Source: a virus
Virus record (IMG/VR): IMGVR_UViG_3300031920_000199
DNA length: 64,000 nucleotides
Reading direction: 5' to 3' (one strand)
In this document: piece by piece, positions 47,399-57,059 of the stretch
Numbering within the stretch: the stretch's first letter is position 1
Layout: every line of letters begins with the position of its first letter
The notes under the pieces: model-generated
Seen by the model: the letters and a program-made list of their open reading frames with translations, nothing else
Database searches by the model: none
What the model was told of the DNA's origin: nothing
Position numbers and translations under genes: made by a program

Positions 47399-47542
47399 AA
47401 CTATGAAGATGATGAAGCTTATTTACCAATCCGATCCAGTTGCAATCATATGCCTATCAAGAGACAGGTATATAGTTTTTCTAATACATCACAACAAAAA
47501 AATATTGTGGGAACCACTAAAAAGTTCCATGGAGATATTAAG

Positions 47543-47758
47543 GTGAAATGCTATGCGCTAAAGATTTCAACAACAACAAAGATGGATAATGATAAGCAAG
47601 AGATATATCATAAATCCTTAGTATCAATGAGATGCACAATACCTACAGGAGGTAAAAATCTTTTGGCAAAGAGAGATATGATAATACAACTCGGTAAAGA
47701 TGTCGAGTGCTTTGGATGGTTAATGTATGACTGGTTCGAGGACAAAAATGGATATTGA
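47543..47758 (+). CDS. Hypothetical protein
   Basis: GTG start after GGAG (ORF track starts at 47450). Confidence 0.5.
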   Translation: MKCYALKISTTTKMDNDKQEIYHKSLVSMRCTIPTGGKNLLAKRDMIIQLGKDVECFGWLMYDWFEDKNGY

Positions 47759-47957
47759 GAAAACAGTAAAAAATAGCCAGCGACTACGCCTTAAGTTCTT
47801 TATATGTGAGAAGACTGGCAAAACAATCCACGCAAAAACATGCGTGAAGAGCTGCGATATATATCCGATATGCGAAAGATTAAATGACCTCGTCAAAAAC
47901 CATCTACTTGGAGTGGACCATGCAATTCACAGGAAAAATAAAAGAGGTAAAGGGTAA
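47748..47957 (+). CDS. Small Cys-rich protein
   Basis: FFICEKTG..CVKSCDIYPICE. Confidence 0.55.
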   Translation: MDIEKTVKNSQRLRLKFFICEKTGKTIHAKTCVKSCDIYPICERLNDLVKNHLLGVDHAIHRKNKRGKG

Positions 47958-48528
47958 CATGATCACGATCCTCGTTGATAACAACGAGAACATGGAAGTC
48001 GTGGCTACACATGCAAAGCGCCTTACTAACAAGCTCATAACTGTATTCGCTGACCATGAGTACAAGACAACTATTCTTCAGAGGGTAAAACTCCAAGGCA
48101 TAATTAATGAGATGGCCAAGAATATGGATATAGACACTGACCTAATTAAGACAAAGGTCGTGGAGGAGTTTATAAGACGCAAGTACGGTATCGAAGAAAT
48201 GTTCGATGGAACAAAAGAGGAAACATCATTGATGATAAATGGCCTACAGGAATTCTGTGATGAACAAAATATCAGTGTCTCGAGCACACCAGAAGATGCG
48301 AAGGAGATTGACAAGCTAATCAACGGATCCAATAAATATCATACCTGTGCAATCTGCGGAGAGCCAGGTGAAACGATATCAATAAAGGATCTCAATTCAA
48401 AAATAATATCCGAATGGAAGGTTGGGTACTCACATATAACACTATGCGATAAGCACTATATGGAAGCCATAAACAAAGGCATCGAGTTCTTCAAGACTCA
48501 TATGCTGATTAAGAAAAGGATAATATAA
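47920..48528 (+). CDS. Hypothetical protein with C-terminal Zn finger
   Basis: CAICG..LCDKHY; start revised to 47920. Confidence 0.65.
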   Translation: MQFTGKIKEVKGNMITILVDNNENMEVVATHAKRLTNKLITVFADHEYKTTILQRVKLQGIINEMAKNMDIDTDLIKTKVVEEFIRRKYGIEEMFDGTKEETSLMINGLQEFCDEQNISVSSTPEDAKEIDKLINGSNKYHTCAICGEPGETISIKDLNSKIISEWKVGYSHITLCDKHYMEAINKGIEFFKTHMLIKKRII

Positions 48529-48665
48529 ATGAACATAATTCCGATGAGCGATGTAGCAATGGATCTATCTATAGATGTGGCCACCATGATATGTGACCAC
48601 ATATAGCATTGTGACCACGAAGAGATTATCGATGTTTTAAATATTCTTGGTTTAAATAAGAGAGA

Positions 48666-48923
48666 ATGCGTAGAGAACTACCAAACGGCACTACGTGCAT
48701 TAAAAATGATATGAAGATAGAGAATATTGATTCTATTATAGAGAACCTTGAAGTAGATCTGCAATCATATATATCAAAACATATGAGAGAATCTGAATTC
48801 AAAACATTTATTCTGGCTTCTGAAGAGATAAAGATTATGCGTAAGAAAGAGGCCTGCATGATAGATAAGTACATTGTCATACTAAGGGAGCTTAGAATAT
48901 ATGAAGATAGAAATAATAAATAA
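48666..48923 (+). CDS. Hypothetical protein
   Basis: ORF in operon; start uncertain. Confidence 0.45.
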   Translation: MRRELPNGTTCIKNDMKIENIDSIIENLEVDLQSYISKHMRESEFKTFILASEEIKIMRKKEACMIDKYIVILRELRIYEDRNNK

Positions 48924-49164
48924 ACTATTGATATCAAAAAAGAATATCAAGAGGAACTATTCAGACTATGATATAAAGACTGGAGGCTACATATACTTTA
49001 ATGCTATGATACAGATTAGCTACAAGATGAAAACTTTTTATGAAGTCCTTATTGATATTACTGTATCATTAGACGCGCCGAACTGGAAGCGATTCAAAGG
49101 ACGTCCTTCAAGTTCTGGACAGAAGTATTTCTATCTTCTATACAAGAGGAGTGTAAAGAATTGA
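48901..49164 (+). CDS. Hypothetical protein
   Basis: Overlapping operon ORF. Confidence 0.5.
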   Translation: MKIEIINKLLISKKNIKRNYSDYDIKTGGYIYFNAMIQISYKMKTFYEVLIDITVSLDAPNWKRFKGRPSSSGQKYFYLLYKRSVKN

Positions 49165-49430
49165 AAATATTTAATTATCGTCAGACAATGATTCTATACG
49201 AAAGGCATCTCGAGAGATGCTGGGTAGCAGAGGAGTTCATGGCTTTTATGTATGCCGATGGTGGAAAAGATTTCAAGTCAAGACTGTTCAGGCTCATATT
49301 ACAGGCAGACCAATCAAATCTGAGTAAGATTGAAAAGGGATTCCCCACGCATGTATTTCTAAAGAAACAATATATAAAATTCGGTACTGAATGGATACAG
49401 AATAGGTACAGGACTAGCTGGCCAAGGTGA
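49161..49430 (+). CDS. Hypothetical protein
   Basis: GGKDFKSRLFRLILQADQSNLSKIEKGFP. Confidence 0.55.
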   Translation: MKIFNYRQTMILYERHLERCWVAEEFMAFMYADGGKDFKSRLFRLILQADQSNLSKIEKGFPTHVFLKKQYIKFGTEWIQNRYRTSWPR

Positions 49431-49450
49431 GTAAAAAACACACGTCAATA

Positions 49451-49459
49451 TGGTATAAT
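49451..49459 (+). promoter_or_regulatory. Extended -10 promoter TGGTATAAT
   Basis: Recurrent motif. Confidence 0.7.
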
Positions 49460-49496
49460 ATAATAAAGCATCAAAACCATTTTAAGGAGATAGACC

Positions 49497-49709
49497 ATGG
49501 AAATGATCATCTGCTTGTATGTATTTGCAGGACTGATTGTATCGGGGATCTGTCTCCCTGTGTATTATGAAGAGATCTACGAGGAAGAGGATGATGATAA
49601 CTGGAAGTCTGTTATTCTGGCCGCAGTATTAGCATTTCTTATCTGGCCATATATAGTGGTCAATGATATCATCCTTGAAAAAAACTTCGGAAGCGTAAAT
49701 GAAGTATGA
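49497..49709 (+). CDS. Small two-helix membrane protein
   Basis: Two hydrophobic segments around an acidic loop; AAGGAG RBS. Confidence 0.65.
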   Translation: MEMIICLYVFAGLIVSGICLPVYYEEIYEEEDDDNWKSVILAAVLAFLIWPYIVVNDIILEKNFGSVNEV

Positions 49710-49795
49710 ATCCCGCGGGGCTAGACCGTGAAACAATCACGAACTACAATCATCAATGGATTGGGTTTCGCGGTCTTTGCTCCGTTCTTATATTC

Positions 49796-49820
49796 AGGCC
49801 ACCACATGTGGCCTTTTTTT
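49796..49820 (+). terminator. Intrinsic terminator
   Basis: AGGCCAC-CACAT-GTGGCCT-TTTTTT. Confidence 0.8.
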
Positions 49821-49849
49821 AGTTACCCAAAACAATTATTATTTTTATC

Positions 49850-49877
49850 TTGACTTACAATTATAATCTTTTACAAT
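49850..49877 (+). promoter_or_regulatory. Promoter TTGACT-N16-TACAAT
   Basis: Upstream of the replication initiator. Confidence 0.65.
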
Positions 49878-49959
49878 CAATGGTTCGCCTCAAATTTGGA
49901 GGGGGCCGAAGCTAAATTGTTTTATATCTTGTGGTTACGATAAGACAACCCACTAAATA

Positions 49960-49968
49960 TGGTATAAG
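49960..49968 (+). promoter_or_regulatory. Extended -10 promoter TGGTATAAG
   Basis: Recurrent motif, 46 bp before the initiator ATG. Confidence 0.65.
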
Positions 49969-50013
49969 ATAATAAAGAAAGCTTGTTCACGCCAACAATA
50001 AACGGAGGATCAT

Positions 50014-50871
50014 ATGAGGATACCAAAAAATAGCAAGGGCCTTGAGCCGTCCTTCCAGTTCTATCCAGCGGACTGGCTAGGTGATCATAATCTACAATCT
50101 TGTTCGTTAGAATCGATTGGATTGTGGATAAATCTGATGTGTATCATGCACAATAACAAAAAGTATGGGCACTTAACTCTGAATGGATCGATCCCGAATG
50201 ATCAAAAAATCTCAAAGATTCTCGGTATTGCCACCAAAAAATACAAAAGAATCATGAAAGAACTTGCCGTTTCTGGGGTACCTGGAGTGACAAAAGAAGG
50301 CATGCTATATAGCAAGAGAATGGTTGCTGACAAAGAACTTAGGTCAAAATTCAATGACAAACAGAGGTCTAATTCAATGAAAAGGTGGGATAGATCTGGG
50401 ATATCCCAAACTGATGCCAGTGGGACAAAAAAAGAGGATGCCAAATCATCCCCTTCTTCTTCTTCTTCTTCTTCTTCTTCTTCTTCCTCTTCAGGTAAAG
50501 AAGTAAAGAAGGATAATTACGAAGAAGACCGCAAGGAAATAATAATCTATTTCAACAAGATCGCTGGGACAAAGTACAGGCATAACTCAAAGGCGATATC
50601 AGGCATGATTAACGCACGTCTTAACGAAGGTCACACAACAGATGACCTTAAGATGGTTATCGATAAGAAATCTGTTGAGTGGAAGGACGACCTGAAGATG
50701 AAGAAGTTCTTCAGACCAATAACGCTATTTAATTCAGAAAAATTCGAAACGTATCTCAATCAACCTCTAGTAATTCCAGAGAGTAAAACAACTTCTACAA
50801 TAAAAAGCGTACTAGATCGGTTCAAAGATGATCCAGAAGACGCAAAGGAGGTAACAGCAGATGTTGTCTAA
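50014..50871 (+). CDS. Phage replication initiator (N-terminal wHTH, poly-Ser linker, conserved phage C-terminal domain)
   Basis: PSFQFYPADWL..IGLWINLMC; ARLNEGHTTDDLKMVIDKKSVEW..RPITLFNSEKFETYLNQ. Confidence 0.85.
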   Translation: MRIPKNSKGLEPSFQFYPADWLGDHNLQSCSLESIGLWINLMCIMHNNKKYGHLTLNGSIPNDQKISKILGIATKKYKRIMKELAVSGVPGVTKEGMLYSKRMVADKELRSKFNDKQRSNSMKRWDRSGISQTDASGTKKEDAKSSPSSSSSSSSSSSSSGKEVKKDNYEEDRKEIIIYFNKIAGTKYRHNSKAISGMINARLNEGHTTDDLKMVIDKKSVEWKDDLKMKKFFRPITLFNSEKFETYLNQPLVIPESKTTSTIKSVLDRFKDDPEDAKEVTADVV

Positions 50872-51511
50872 ATCAATATTTGGAAAGGGTCTTGGTGTTC
50901 TCATGGCCACGTTTGGTACACCAGAACACATGACAGAAGCAAAGAACCAGGATATATGGTATGAGATCTTCAAGGACGCGAGTGACAAGGACTTCATGGA
51001 CGGAATAGCATTTTGCGTAGATAACTGCAAATTCTTTCCGAAGCCATCAGACATAAAAGAGGTTTACAGAAACAAGGGATGTCCAGATGAATCAGAGGCA
51101 TGGATCGTAGTCAAGGATTATACATACAACAAGCACGAAAGAGATGTCCTGAATCTACCACCAATACTCCAGAAGGTAATAAACGCCATGGGCGGAATGT
51201 ATTACCTGAAGTCCAGGAACTGGGAGGATGAGGAGAAGTACATCAGGAGAGACTTCACAAGCACATACAAGGACATACTCCAGTCTGCGGCCAGGGACCC
51301 AGAGTATCTTAAATTCGTTGACGGAAACAGCTTAACAAATACAGATCGTGGGGCAAAGCACATCGGATCAATACTTGGCGACCAGAACAAACACATAGGC
51401 ACAGCGGATCTTCCACTTACTGATGACGAGAAGAAACAGAACCTAATCACGCAGCTCATGAAGGAGCGTGGTGAAGAGGTTATGGAGGAGATAAATAACA
51501 GCGGTTCTTGA
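50861..51511 (+). CDS. Helicase loader/inhibitor-like protein (DUF6475-like)
   Basis: FFPKPSDIKE, EAWIVV, VINAMGGMYYL, RRDFTSTY; follows the initiator. Confidence 0.65.
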   Translation: MLSKSIFGKGLGVLMATFGTPEHMTEAKNQDIWYEIFKDASDKDFMDGIAFCVDNCKFFPKPSDIKEVYRNKGCPDESEAWIVVKDYTYNKHERDVLNLPPILQKVINAMGGMYYLKSRNWEDEEKYIRRDFTSTYKDILQSAARDPEYLKFVDGNSLTNTDRGAKHIGSILGDQNKHIGTADLPLTDDEKKQNLITQLMKERGEEVMEEINNSGS

Positions 51512-51838
51512 ATGGGGAAGTTTATAACATTAATTAAGGATTACGAAATGTTTGATAAACCAATAACTAAAGAAGAACTCTTCGAGTGGATGAAGAATAA
51601 GATTCCGATCGATCAGGCAGGAGAGTATCCTGACGATAGCGGGAATTATGAGAGGTATTTAATTTATGAAGTCGACGACAAAGGAACAACTCGTCTTTTT
51701 AAGGTAGAATTCTGTGATGATTGTCCTTATTCGCGCTGGGAAGAAGGTAAAGGTTTTACAGATGATTATCGACCAAATGAAGTTGTGAAGCGTGTGGAAA
51801 TGGTAGAACAAATAACCTATGATTACAAGAATTGTTAA
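51512..51838 (+). CDS. Hypothetical protein
   Basis: 108 aa ORF. Confidence 0.6.
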   Translation: MGKFITLIKDYEMFDKPITKEELFEWMKNKIPIDQAGEYPDDSGNYERYLIYEVDDKGTTRLFKVEFCDDCPYSRWEEGKGFTDDYRPNEVVKRVEMVEQITYDYKNC

Positions 51839-51863
51839 ACATGATTGATGACATTGATGATAT

Positions 51864-52133
51864 ATGTCATTGCGATTGCTAAACGAAAGGCGGTGGATGG
51901 TGATATATATAATTCCAATCGTTTGCATTTTAACCACGTATAGCATTTGTATGGCTATATGTATTAGGCGCATGGATAAAAGGCTTGATAAGGTAGAAAT
52001 TATTAACAAAGAACTTACGTCTGTAATTCGTCTAATCGGATCTAGCAAGTGGGATTCGTGGTGTGAGGAGGTTGGATGCCCTGAGGCAAAAAATAAACAT
52101 ACTAATTTAGTGCAAATGAGAGGAAGGCGGTGA
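51864..52133 (+). CDS. Hypothetical membrane-anchored protein
   Basis: One hydrophobic helix; start uncertain. Confidence 0.5.
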   Translation: MSLRLLNERRWMVIYIIPIVCILTTYSICMAICIRRMDKRLDKVEIINKELTSVIRLIGSSKWDSWCEEVGCPEAKNKHTNLVQMRGRR

Positions 52134-52373
52134 ATGGTGATAAAGAAAGAAACAATTGCGGTAAAGCGTATGTGTGGAACGGCAGGATGGTGCGGACGAG
52201 TCAATGGCAAGCCCGCATTAACACTGTCGTACTACGGAGGAGCAACATTGTGGGTTTACGATGGTGAGTGGAATGACGTTATTAGAGAGAACGGACTGAA
52301 TAGATTACATGAAATAATGGGAATAGGTTATGAAGATAGCGAACAGGATATTTTACTAAAAGGAATTGACTGA
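52134..52373 (+). CDS. Hypothetical protein
   Basis: Adjacent operon ORF. Confidence 0.55.
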   Translation: MVIKKETIAVKRMCGTAGWCGRVNGKPALTLSYYGGATLWVYDGEWNDVIRENGLNRLHEIMGIGYEDSEQDILLKGID

Positions 52374-52491
52374 TGCCTCGTTTTGTAGAAATAATTATCA
52401 ATACAATTTTATTATTAGCCCTCCTTGGGTTATGGAAGGTAATTGAAATTATCCTATGGGTATTCACATTTTGAGAAAGGAAGCACGCAAT

Positions 52492-52719
52492 ATGAATGAA
52501 GACACAAAGGATCTGCTGGATTTATGTAGATTAAACCAAATGGAAGATAACAAGGAGAATTGGGTTGGTACGAAAGCGGATCGAGAAGAACACCAAAAGG
52601 CAATAGACTTTGCAAAGAATAGGAGTATCCTCCGAGTGGAGTACTCGCAACCACCAGTACCGAATAATGATCTAATCGAAGATCACGAGAAGGTAGGGGA
52701 TGATGATAATACAGATTAA
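52492..52719 (+). CDS. Hypothetical protein
   Basis: ATG after AAAGGA. Confidence 0.5.
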   Translation: MNEDTKDLLDLCRLNQMEDNKENWVGTKADREEHQKAIDFAKNRSILRVEYSQPPVPNNDLIEDHEKVGDDDNTD

Positions 52720-52848
52720 AGTATCAAAAGAAATCGCCGATAATTATGAAAAAATTGATGATGATTTAGCGATAGTGGATTTTAAAGAAGACCCAAAGTC
52801 ATGGTTAGACGGATCTGAAATTGTAATTAAACGAGAGGAAGGAGTTGA

Positions 52849-53241
52849 TTGATGAAGGTAGATGAATTACTTGAAGATAAAAATACAAATCAAGAAAAGC
52901 TTATCGATTCTGTAGGTAAGCTATTAAAAAGGATTCATATGTGGAAAGGCGGAACGGCTGAAAGTGTAGAGGTTTTAGCCATTGCGAAAGAGTGCGAATT
53001 TGTACTTAGGGATTACAAAGAAAGTCGGTATGAAGTGGCTGTTAATGATATTGAAAATAAGATAAGGGAACTCAAAAAGTTTGTGCAACCTATATCAGAA
53101 GATAAGCCTCGAAACGACTATGAAATCGGATTTGATCATGGGGAAATTGGTGCTTACACGACGATTCTGGATTGGATGTACTTTTACAAAAAGAGAAAGG
53201 CGGTGACAAGTGACGGTAGATTTAAAGAAAACGCATATTAA
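52849..53241 (+). CDS. Hypothetical protein
   Basis: 130 aa after AGGAG. Confidence 0.55.
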   Translation: MMKVDELLEDKNTNQEKLIDSVGKLLKRIHMWKGGTAESVEVLAIAKECEFVLRDYKESRYEVAVNDIENKIRELKKFVQPISEDKPRNDYEIGFDHGEIGAYTTILDWMYFYKKRKAVTSDGRFKENAY

Positions 53242-53736
53242 AGCTCTTCTGAAATTTATTGGCCCAATGCCAATTGGAGGCAAACATCAAAGTATTGTGT
53301 GCGAGAAAGATTGGGAGAGAGTATTCCTGATGTATATTAGCTTACGTGATCAACTCAGGGAATCAGGCAAGGAGACTGATTAGGTAAAAAATGTTAAATA
53401 AAAATCAATTAGAATGTTACTTTGTCGCCAAAAGCTGCTTGTGCCAAAAACTGTAGATGTCTTGAGTTACGCGAAAAGTCAGACGCACGTCAGATATTAC
53501 ATATTGCGACTCTTAAAAAATTATTGTCTTGTAACGTATGACTAGGAAAGGTTATTAATTATGGAAGCATTAATTTCGACAGTGATAACTTTTTCATTTG
53601 GTGCTCTTGTTGGGTTGATACTTAGCAATGTGCTAGACAGATTCGATGTGCTTTATACATGCCCAAGATGCCAATGGAGCAAGTGGTCGTATGATGAAGC
53701 AAAAAAAAGAAATAATGATTTTAAGGAAGATTAAAC

Positions 53737-54336
53737 ATGGGAAATTTTACGGTATCTGAACCACTAAAGATTATACCAAAAAGACCTCCTGCACCTTGCG
53801 GACAGGGTGGAGTAGGAATAAGCAACCAGACTAAAGAAGAGCCGCACATGGTAAAGACACCTTGGTCGGAAGAGAATGTAACGAAGTTAATAGCGAGGCA
53901 GCAGAATCCGACCATGCATGAGTATACATGTGGCGGAGCTGACTGCCTTGGAGTATTGATTCCGACAACGAATGGTTGGAAATGTCCAGACTGTGATTAC
54001 AAACAGGATTGGTGCCATGCATCAGATATTAACGAATGTGAAACCATTTTGCGGAAAGGTGGCAGGCAAGTGACACGGAAACAAGTAAGCGATGTTGATA
54101 TCGATGATGCCCTAAAAGACCTTGCTGGACACCTATCGTTCCGACTCAATCAAAAGGGTAAGGGATCACTGGCATCATCCCACGAAATCCTCGGATTGGC
54201 AACAGAAGAGCATTTTGAACTCATTGAAGCTGTCAAGTCAGATAATCCAAGAAGGGTAAAAGAAGAGCTTCTTGACTTAGCAGTTGCATGTGTATTCGGA
54301 TATGCGTGCATTGATGGTAGCTACACTGACTGGTAA
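53737..54336 (+). CDS. Zn-ribbon protein in frame with a MazG-like NTP pyrophosphohydrolase domain (internal GTG start 54070)
   Basis: C-terminal HEILGLATEEHFELIEAV..VKEELLDLA (EExxE..EExD); CGGADC..CPDC upstream. Confidence 0.6.
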   Translation: MGNFTVSEPLKIIPKRPPAPCGQGGVGISNQTKEEPHMVKTPWSEENVTKLIARQQNPTMHEYTCGGADCLGVLIPTTNGWKCPDCDYKQDWCHASDINECETILRKGGRQVTRKQVSDVDIDDALKDLAGHLSFRLNQKGKGSLASSHEILGLATEEHFELIEAVKSDNPRRVKEELLDLAVACVFGYACIDGSYTDW

Positions 54337-54352
54337 AAGAAGGCGGTGAATA

Positions 54353-54568
54353 ATGGATAAGATTGAAGATGTAATTTGTGAGCATTGCGAAGTCGAAAGC
54401 GAAGATGAAAAAGAAATCAAACTTGTTTTTGGGGCAATAAAATCTGGTATAAATCATGCCAAAAAGACAGTACAAGGAATGGGAATTGATATGTGTATGG
54501 TTGAAGTAATTGCTCAAATGGCAGCAACTGATGCAGTAAAATGCTATATTGAACAGAAAGGAGCTTAA
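54353..54568 (+). CDS. Hypothetical protein
   Basis: Operon ORF. Confidence 0.55.
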   Translation: MDKIEDVICEHCEVESEDEKEIKLVFGAIKSGINHAKKTVQGMGIDMCMVEVIAQMAATDAVKCYIEQKGA

Positions 54569-54750
54569 TGATGACAGTTGACGAATATATTATTATAACA
54601 CTAAAAGGCGATGAGGCTGAAGCGTTAAAGATTGCACTCGGAAAACAGAGCAACGCAGACCATAAATCATGGGGTCTGAACTCATATGCTCGGGAATTTC
54701 TTACAGAACTTTATGACGCTTTACCATTTAGAGAGGATGTGAATGATTGA
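54568..54750 (+). CDS. Hypothetical protein
   Basis: Operon ORF. Confidence 0.55.
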   Translation: MMTVDEYIIITLKGDEAEALKIALGKQSNADHKSWGLNSYAREFLTELYDALPFREDVND

Positions 54751-55289
54751 TGGGAAATAAAGAGAAGAGATTCAGTCGGCTTTATGTTAACATGTTTATG
54801 GGCCTTCAGAGGAAGAAGGACGGCGAAAATAGCAGATGTGTTCGCCATGTAATCAACCACGATCGCTCTGAAGATTTAAAGATATTCAAGTCTAAGCTTC
54901 GGATACTCGGAGGTATTTGGAGGATCCATGAAACAGTAAATAAGAGAGATTGCGCTAAGGCAATGAAGTGGCTTCAGAAAAAGATGATAGACAATCCAGA
55001 TATTGCTTCCAATATTGATACTTGGTGGCGTACTGCCCTGTTACAAAAAGAATGTATCTATGGTGATAAGCAGTTCATGCTTGATGTTGACGCTGAGCGG
55101 GAAGATATCGTAGCTGGTATAATCAGCATGCTCCCCCCTGGCACCCAATACAAAATCAAGACTCCAGGCGGATGGCACTTTGTTGTTGATCCATTCGATA
55201 CTAGAGAGCTAATAAACGATTACGGTGAGTTAGTTTCTCTTCATCGAGATGGATATTCGTTTGTGGAGATGGTTGGTAATTCACAATAA
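54747..55289 (+). CDS. Hypothetical protein (possible primase-polymerase-like fold)
   Basis: FMLDVD..KTPGGWHFVV resembles the AEP DxD/TPxGxH motifs (weak). Confidence 0.5.
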   Translation: MMGNKEKRFSRLYVNMFMGLQRKKDGENSRCVRHVINHDRSEDLKIFKSKLRILGGIWRIHETVNKRDCAKAMKWLQKKMIDNPDIASNIDTWWRTALLQKECIYGDKQFMLDVDAEREDIVAGIISMLPPGTQYKIKTPGGWHFVVDPFDTRELINDYGELVSLHRDGYSFVEMVGNSQ

Positions 55290-55314
55290 TTAAATTAACA
55301 CCGAAAGGAAGTGT

Positions 55315-55545
55315 ATGGTGATATACAAAGATGGAGAAGAGGTTAACGTCGGAAATGGAGTAACGTTCAAGCTTGGCGGAAAAAAAGAGAAGGCAAAATG
55401 GTATAATAAAATTGGATGCTTTATTGGCTATCATTTGTGGAGATGGAATATTCTTCGTGACGAAGAGGGGATCATGCATGTTAATTTAGATGACAAGATA
55501 CCTGACTCTGCACGATGCGACTGGTGCGGAATATATTACAAATAA
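55315..55545 (+). CDS. Small Cys/His protein
   Basis: CFIGYH..CDWC. Confidence 0.55.
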   Translation: MVIYKDGEEVNVGNGVTFKLGGKKEKAKWYNKIGCFIGYHLWRWNILRDEEGIMHVNLDDKIPDSARCDWCGIYYK

Positions 55546-55580
55546 TAAATAAAATATTTTGATTTTGAGAAATGAGGTGA

Positions 55581-55820
55581 ATGATGGGTACTAACAAGAT
55601 GTACAATATATGTCCAGAGTGCGGCCTTGAATCGCCTAATACCCTTTGGTGTCGATGTACTTTAGACGGTCGGACTTGTCCGAATGATCATAATTGGCAT
55701 CGGTGCCATGCTCATGGAATCAGGGTGTTTGGATCTAACGGGCATAAAGGTGCTATCGATGGGTGTACCTGCCACTTAAGACAGAAAACTAAAAACGAAG
55801 AGATGAAAGGTGGTGAGTGA
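55581..55820 (+). CDS. Small Cys/His-rich protein
   Basis: CPEC, WCRC, CPNDHNWHRCH, CTC. Confidence 0.6.
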   Translation: MMGTNKMYNICPECGLESPNTLWCRCTLDGRTCPNDHNWHRCHAHGIRVFGSNGHKGAIDGCTCHLRQKTKNEEMKGGE

Positions 55821-56755
55821 TGGAATTAGAGATAAGATGCAATAAATGCAAAGGGCATGGAAGTTACGAGGTGTATTATCGGAAAGAAGAAATTACAGCA
55901 GAAGAAGAAACCCCTCTCACGTCTTTGGAACGGTATGATCTTCTTATGGGGAACACGAAACCAAAAACTATAGAAGTCACCAAAATTGAAGATATTGAAA
56001 TCGGATTAGTAGAAGATTTTATTGATAAGGTTGATGACAAGATGTTTGTCAAAAACGAAACATGCAAAGATTGTGAAGGAAGTGGAGTTACGCGAATATG
56101 TGTCAGCTCTAGGGATATTCCTCCTGAAATTCCGATCAGGAAGCCGAATCAACTCAAGGTTGACAAGGAGAGAGCATTAAAGTTTTTTAATGGCATTAGC
56201 TCTTCTGTAACTAGAGCAACATTAAATTACTTCTCTAGTTTTTCATCGGAAGATCTTATTGATTTCATGATAGAATTTTCTACTGATAATAGATGTGAAG
56301 ATAAGGAAATTATGATGGTAGAAATATTACTAAAGATTCGTTCTACCTCCAAAGATAAAATATTTATCTCGAGTAAATTTTACATGATGTTATCAGACGC
56401 ATTGTTTTTCATTACAAGGAAAAAGAATTACGATACAAATATTTATCTTTTCGCCATGCTGGACCCAGATAGTCCACAGTCAATCGGTGGAACAAGAAAA
56501 ATTGCCTTTGACGGAATGATGAATCCTAAAACCGCAATGGATCCACTTTGGGGACAGAAAGTTATTCAGGATTTGCCAGCAGTATCTTTCGAAGAAACAA
56601 ATGATAGAAAGTTACTATTAGGAACTCTTATGTCGAGATTTTTCAAAGCATATTATTCCGATGCTTATCGGTATACTGGAACAACAAATCAAAGTATACT
56701 TAAGGTATATTCCAATCAGGATTTGCTAGAAAAACTAGAGATTGTTGATGATTAA
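55817..56755 (+). CDS. Hypothetical protein with split DnaJ-like Zn motif
   Basis: CNKCKGHG and CKDCEGSG. Confidence 0.65.
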   Translation: MMELEIRCNKCKGHGSYEVYYRKEEITAEEETPLTSLERYDLLMGNTKPKTIEVTKIEDIEIGLVEDFIDKVDDKMFVKNETCKDCEGSGVTRICVSSRDIPPEIPIRKPNQLKVDKERALKFFNGISSSVTRATLNYFSSFSSEDLIDFMIEFSTDNRCEDKEIMMVEILLKIRSTSKDKIFISSKFYMMLSDALFFITRKKNYDTNIYLFAMLDPDSPQSIGGTRKIAFDGMMNPKTAMDPLWGQKVIQDLPAVSFEETNDRKLLLGTLMSRFFKAYYSDAYRYTGTTNQSILKVYSNQDLLEKLEIVDD

Positions 56756-57059
56756 AATGAAAGACATTATAACATATCATGACTGCAAAAAAGATACTGT
56801 CAGAGAAGACTCTATTTATTATAATAAATTCCAAAAAAAGTGGGGTGTTTTAACGGGCGAGGTTATCTATTGTCCGATGTGCGGAATGCTAATGACAGAT
56901 AAGAAAGACCATCAGTGTAAAGATAATGACGGACATTCATATTATGTTATTTATAATTGTATTGCTAAAAAACATTTAACGTTCTCTCGACACGATGTCA
57001 ATTATTGCAACTTGTGCGGAGAATATGTCAAAGGGAAGGATGGAAACGATGAAAAATAA
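56742..57059 (+). CDS. Duplicated Zn-ribbon protein
   Basis: Two similar halves ending YCPMCG / YCNLCG. Confidence 0.6.
   Translation: MLMIKMKDIITYHDCKKDTVREDSIYYNKFQKKWGVLTGEVIYCPMCGMLMTDKKDHQCKDNDGHSYYVIYNCIAKKHLTFSRHDVNYCNLCGEYVKGKDGNDEK

Noticed and set aside
55398-55408. TGGTATAAT motif as a promoter
   Set aside because: Lies inside a coding region (KWYNK); could be an internal promoter but there is no independent support
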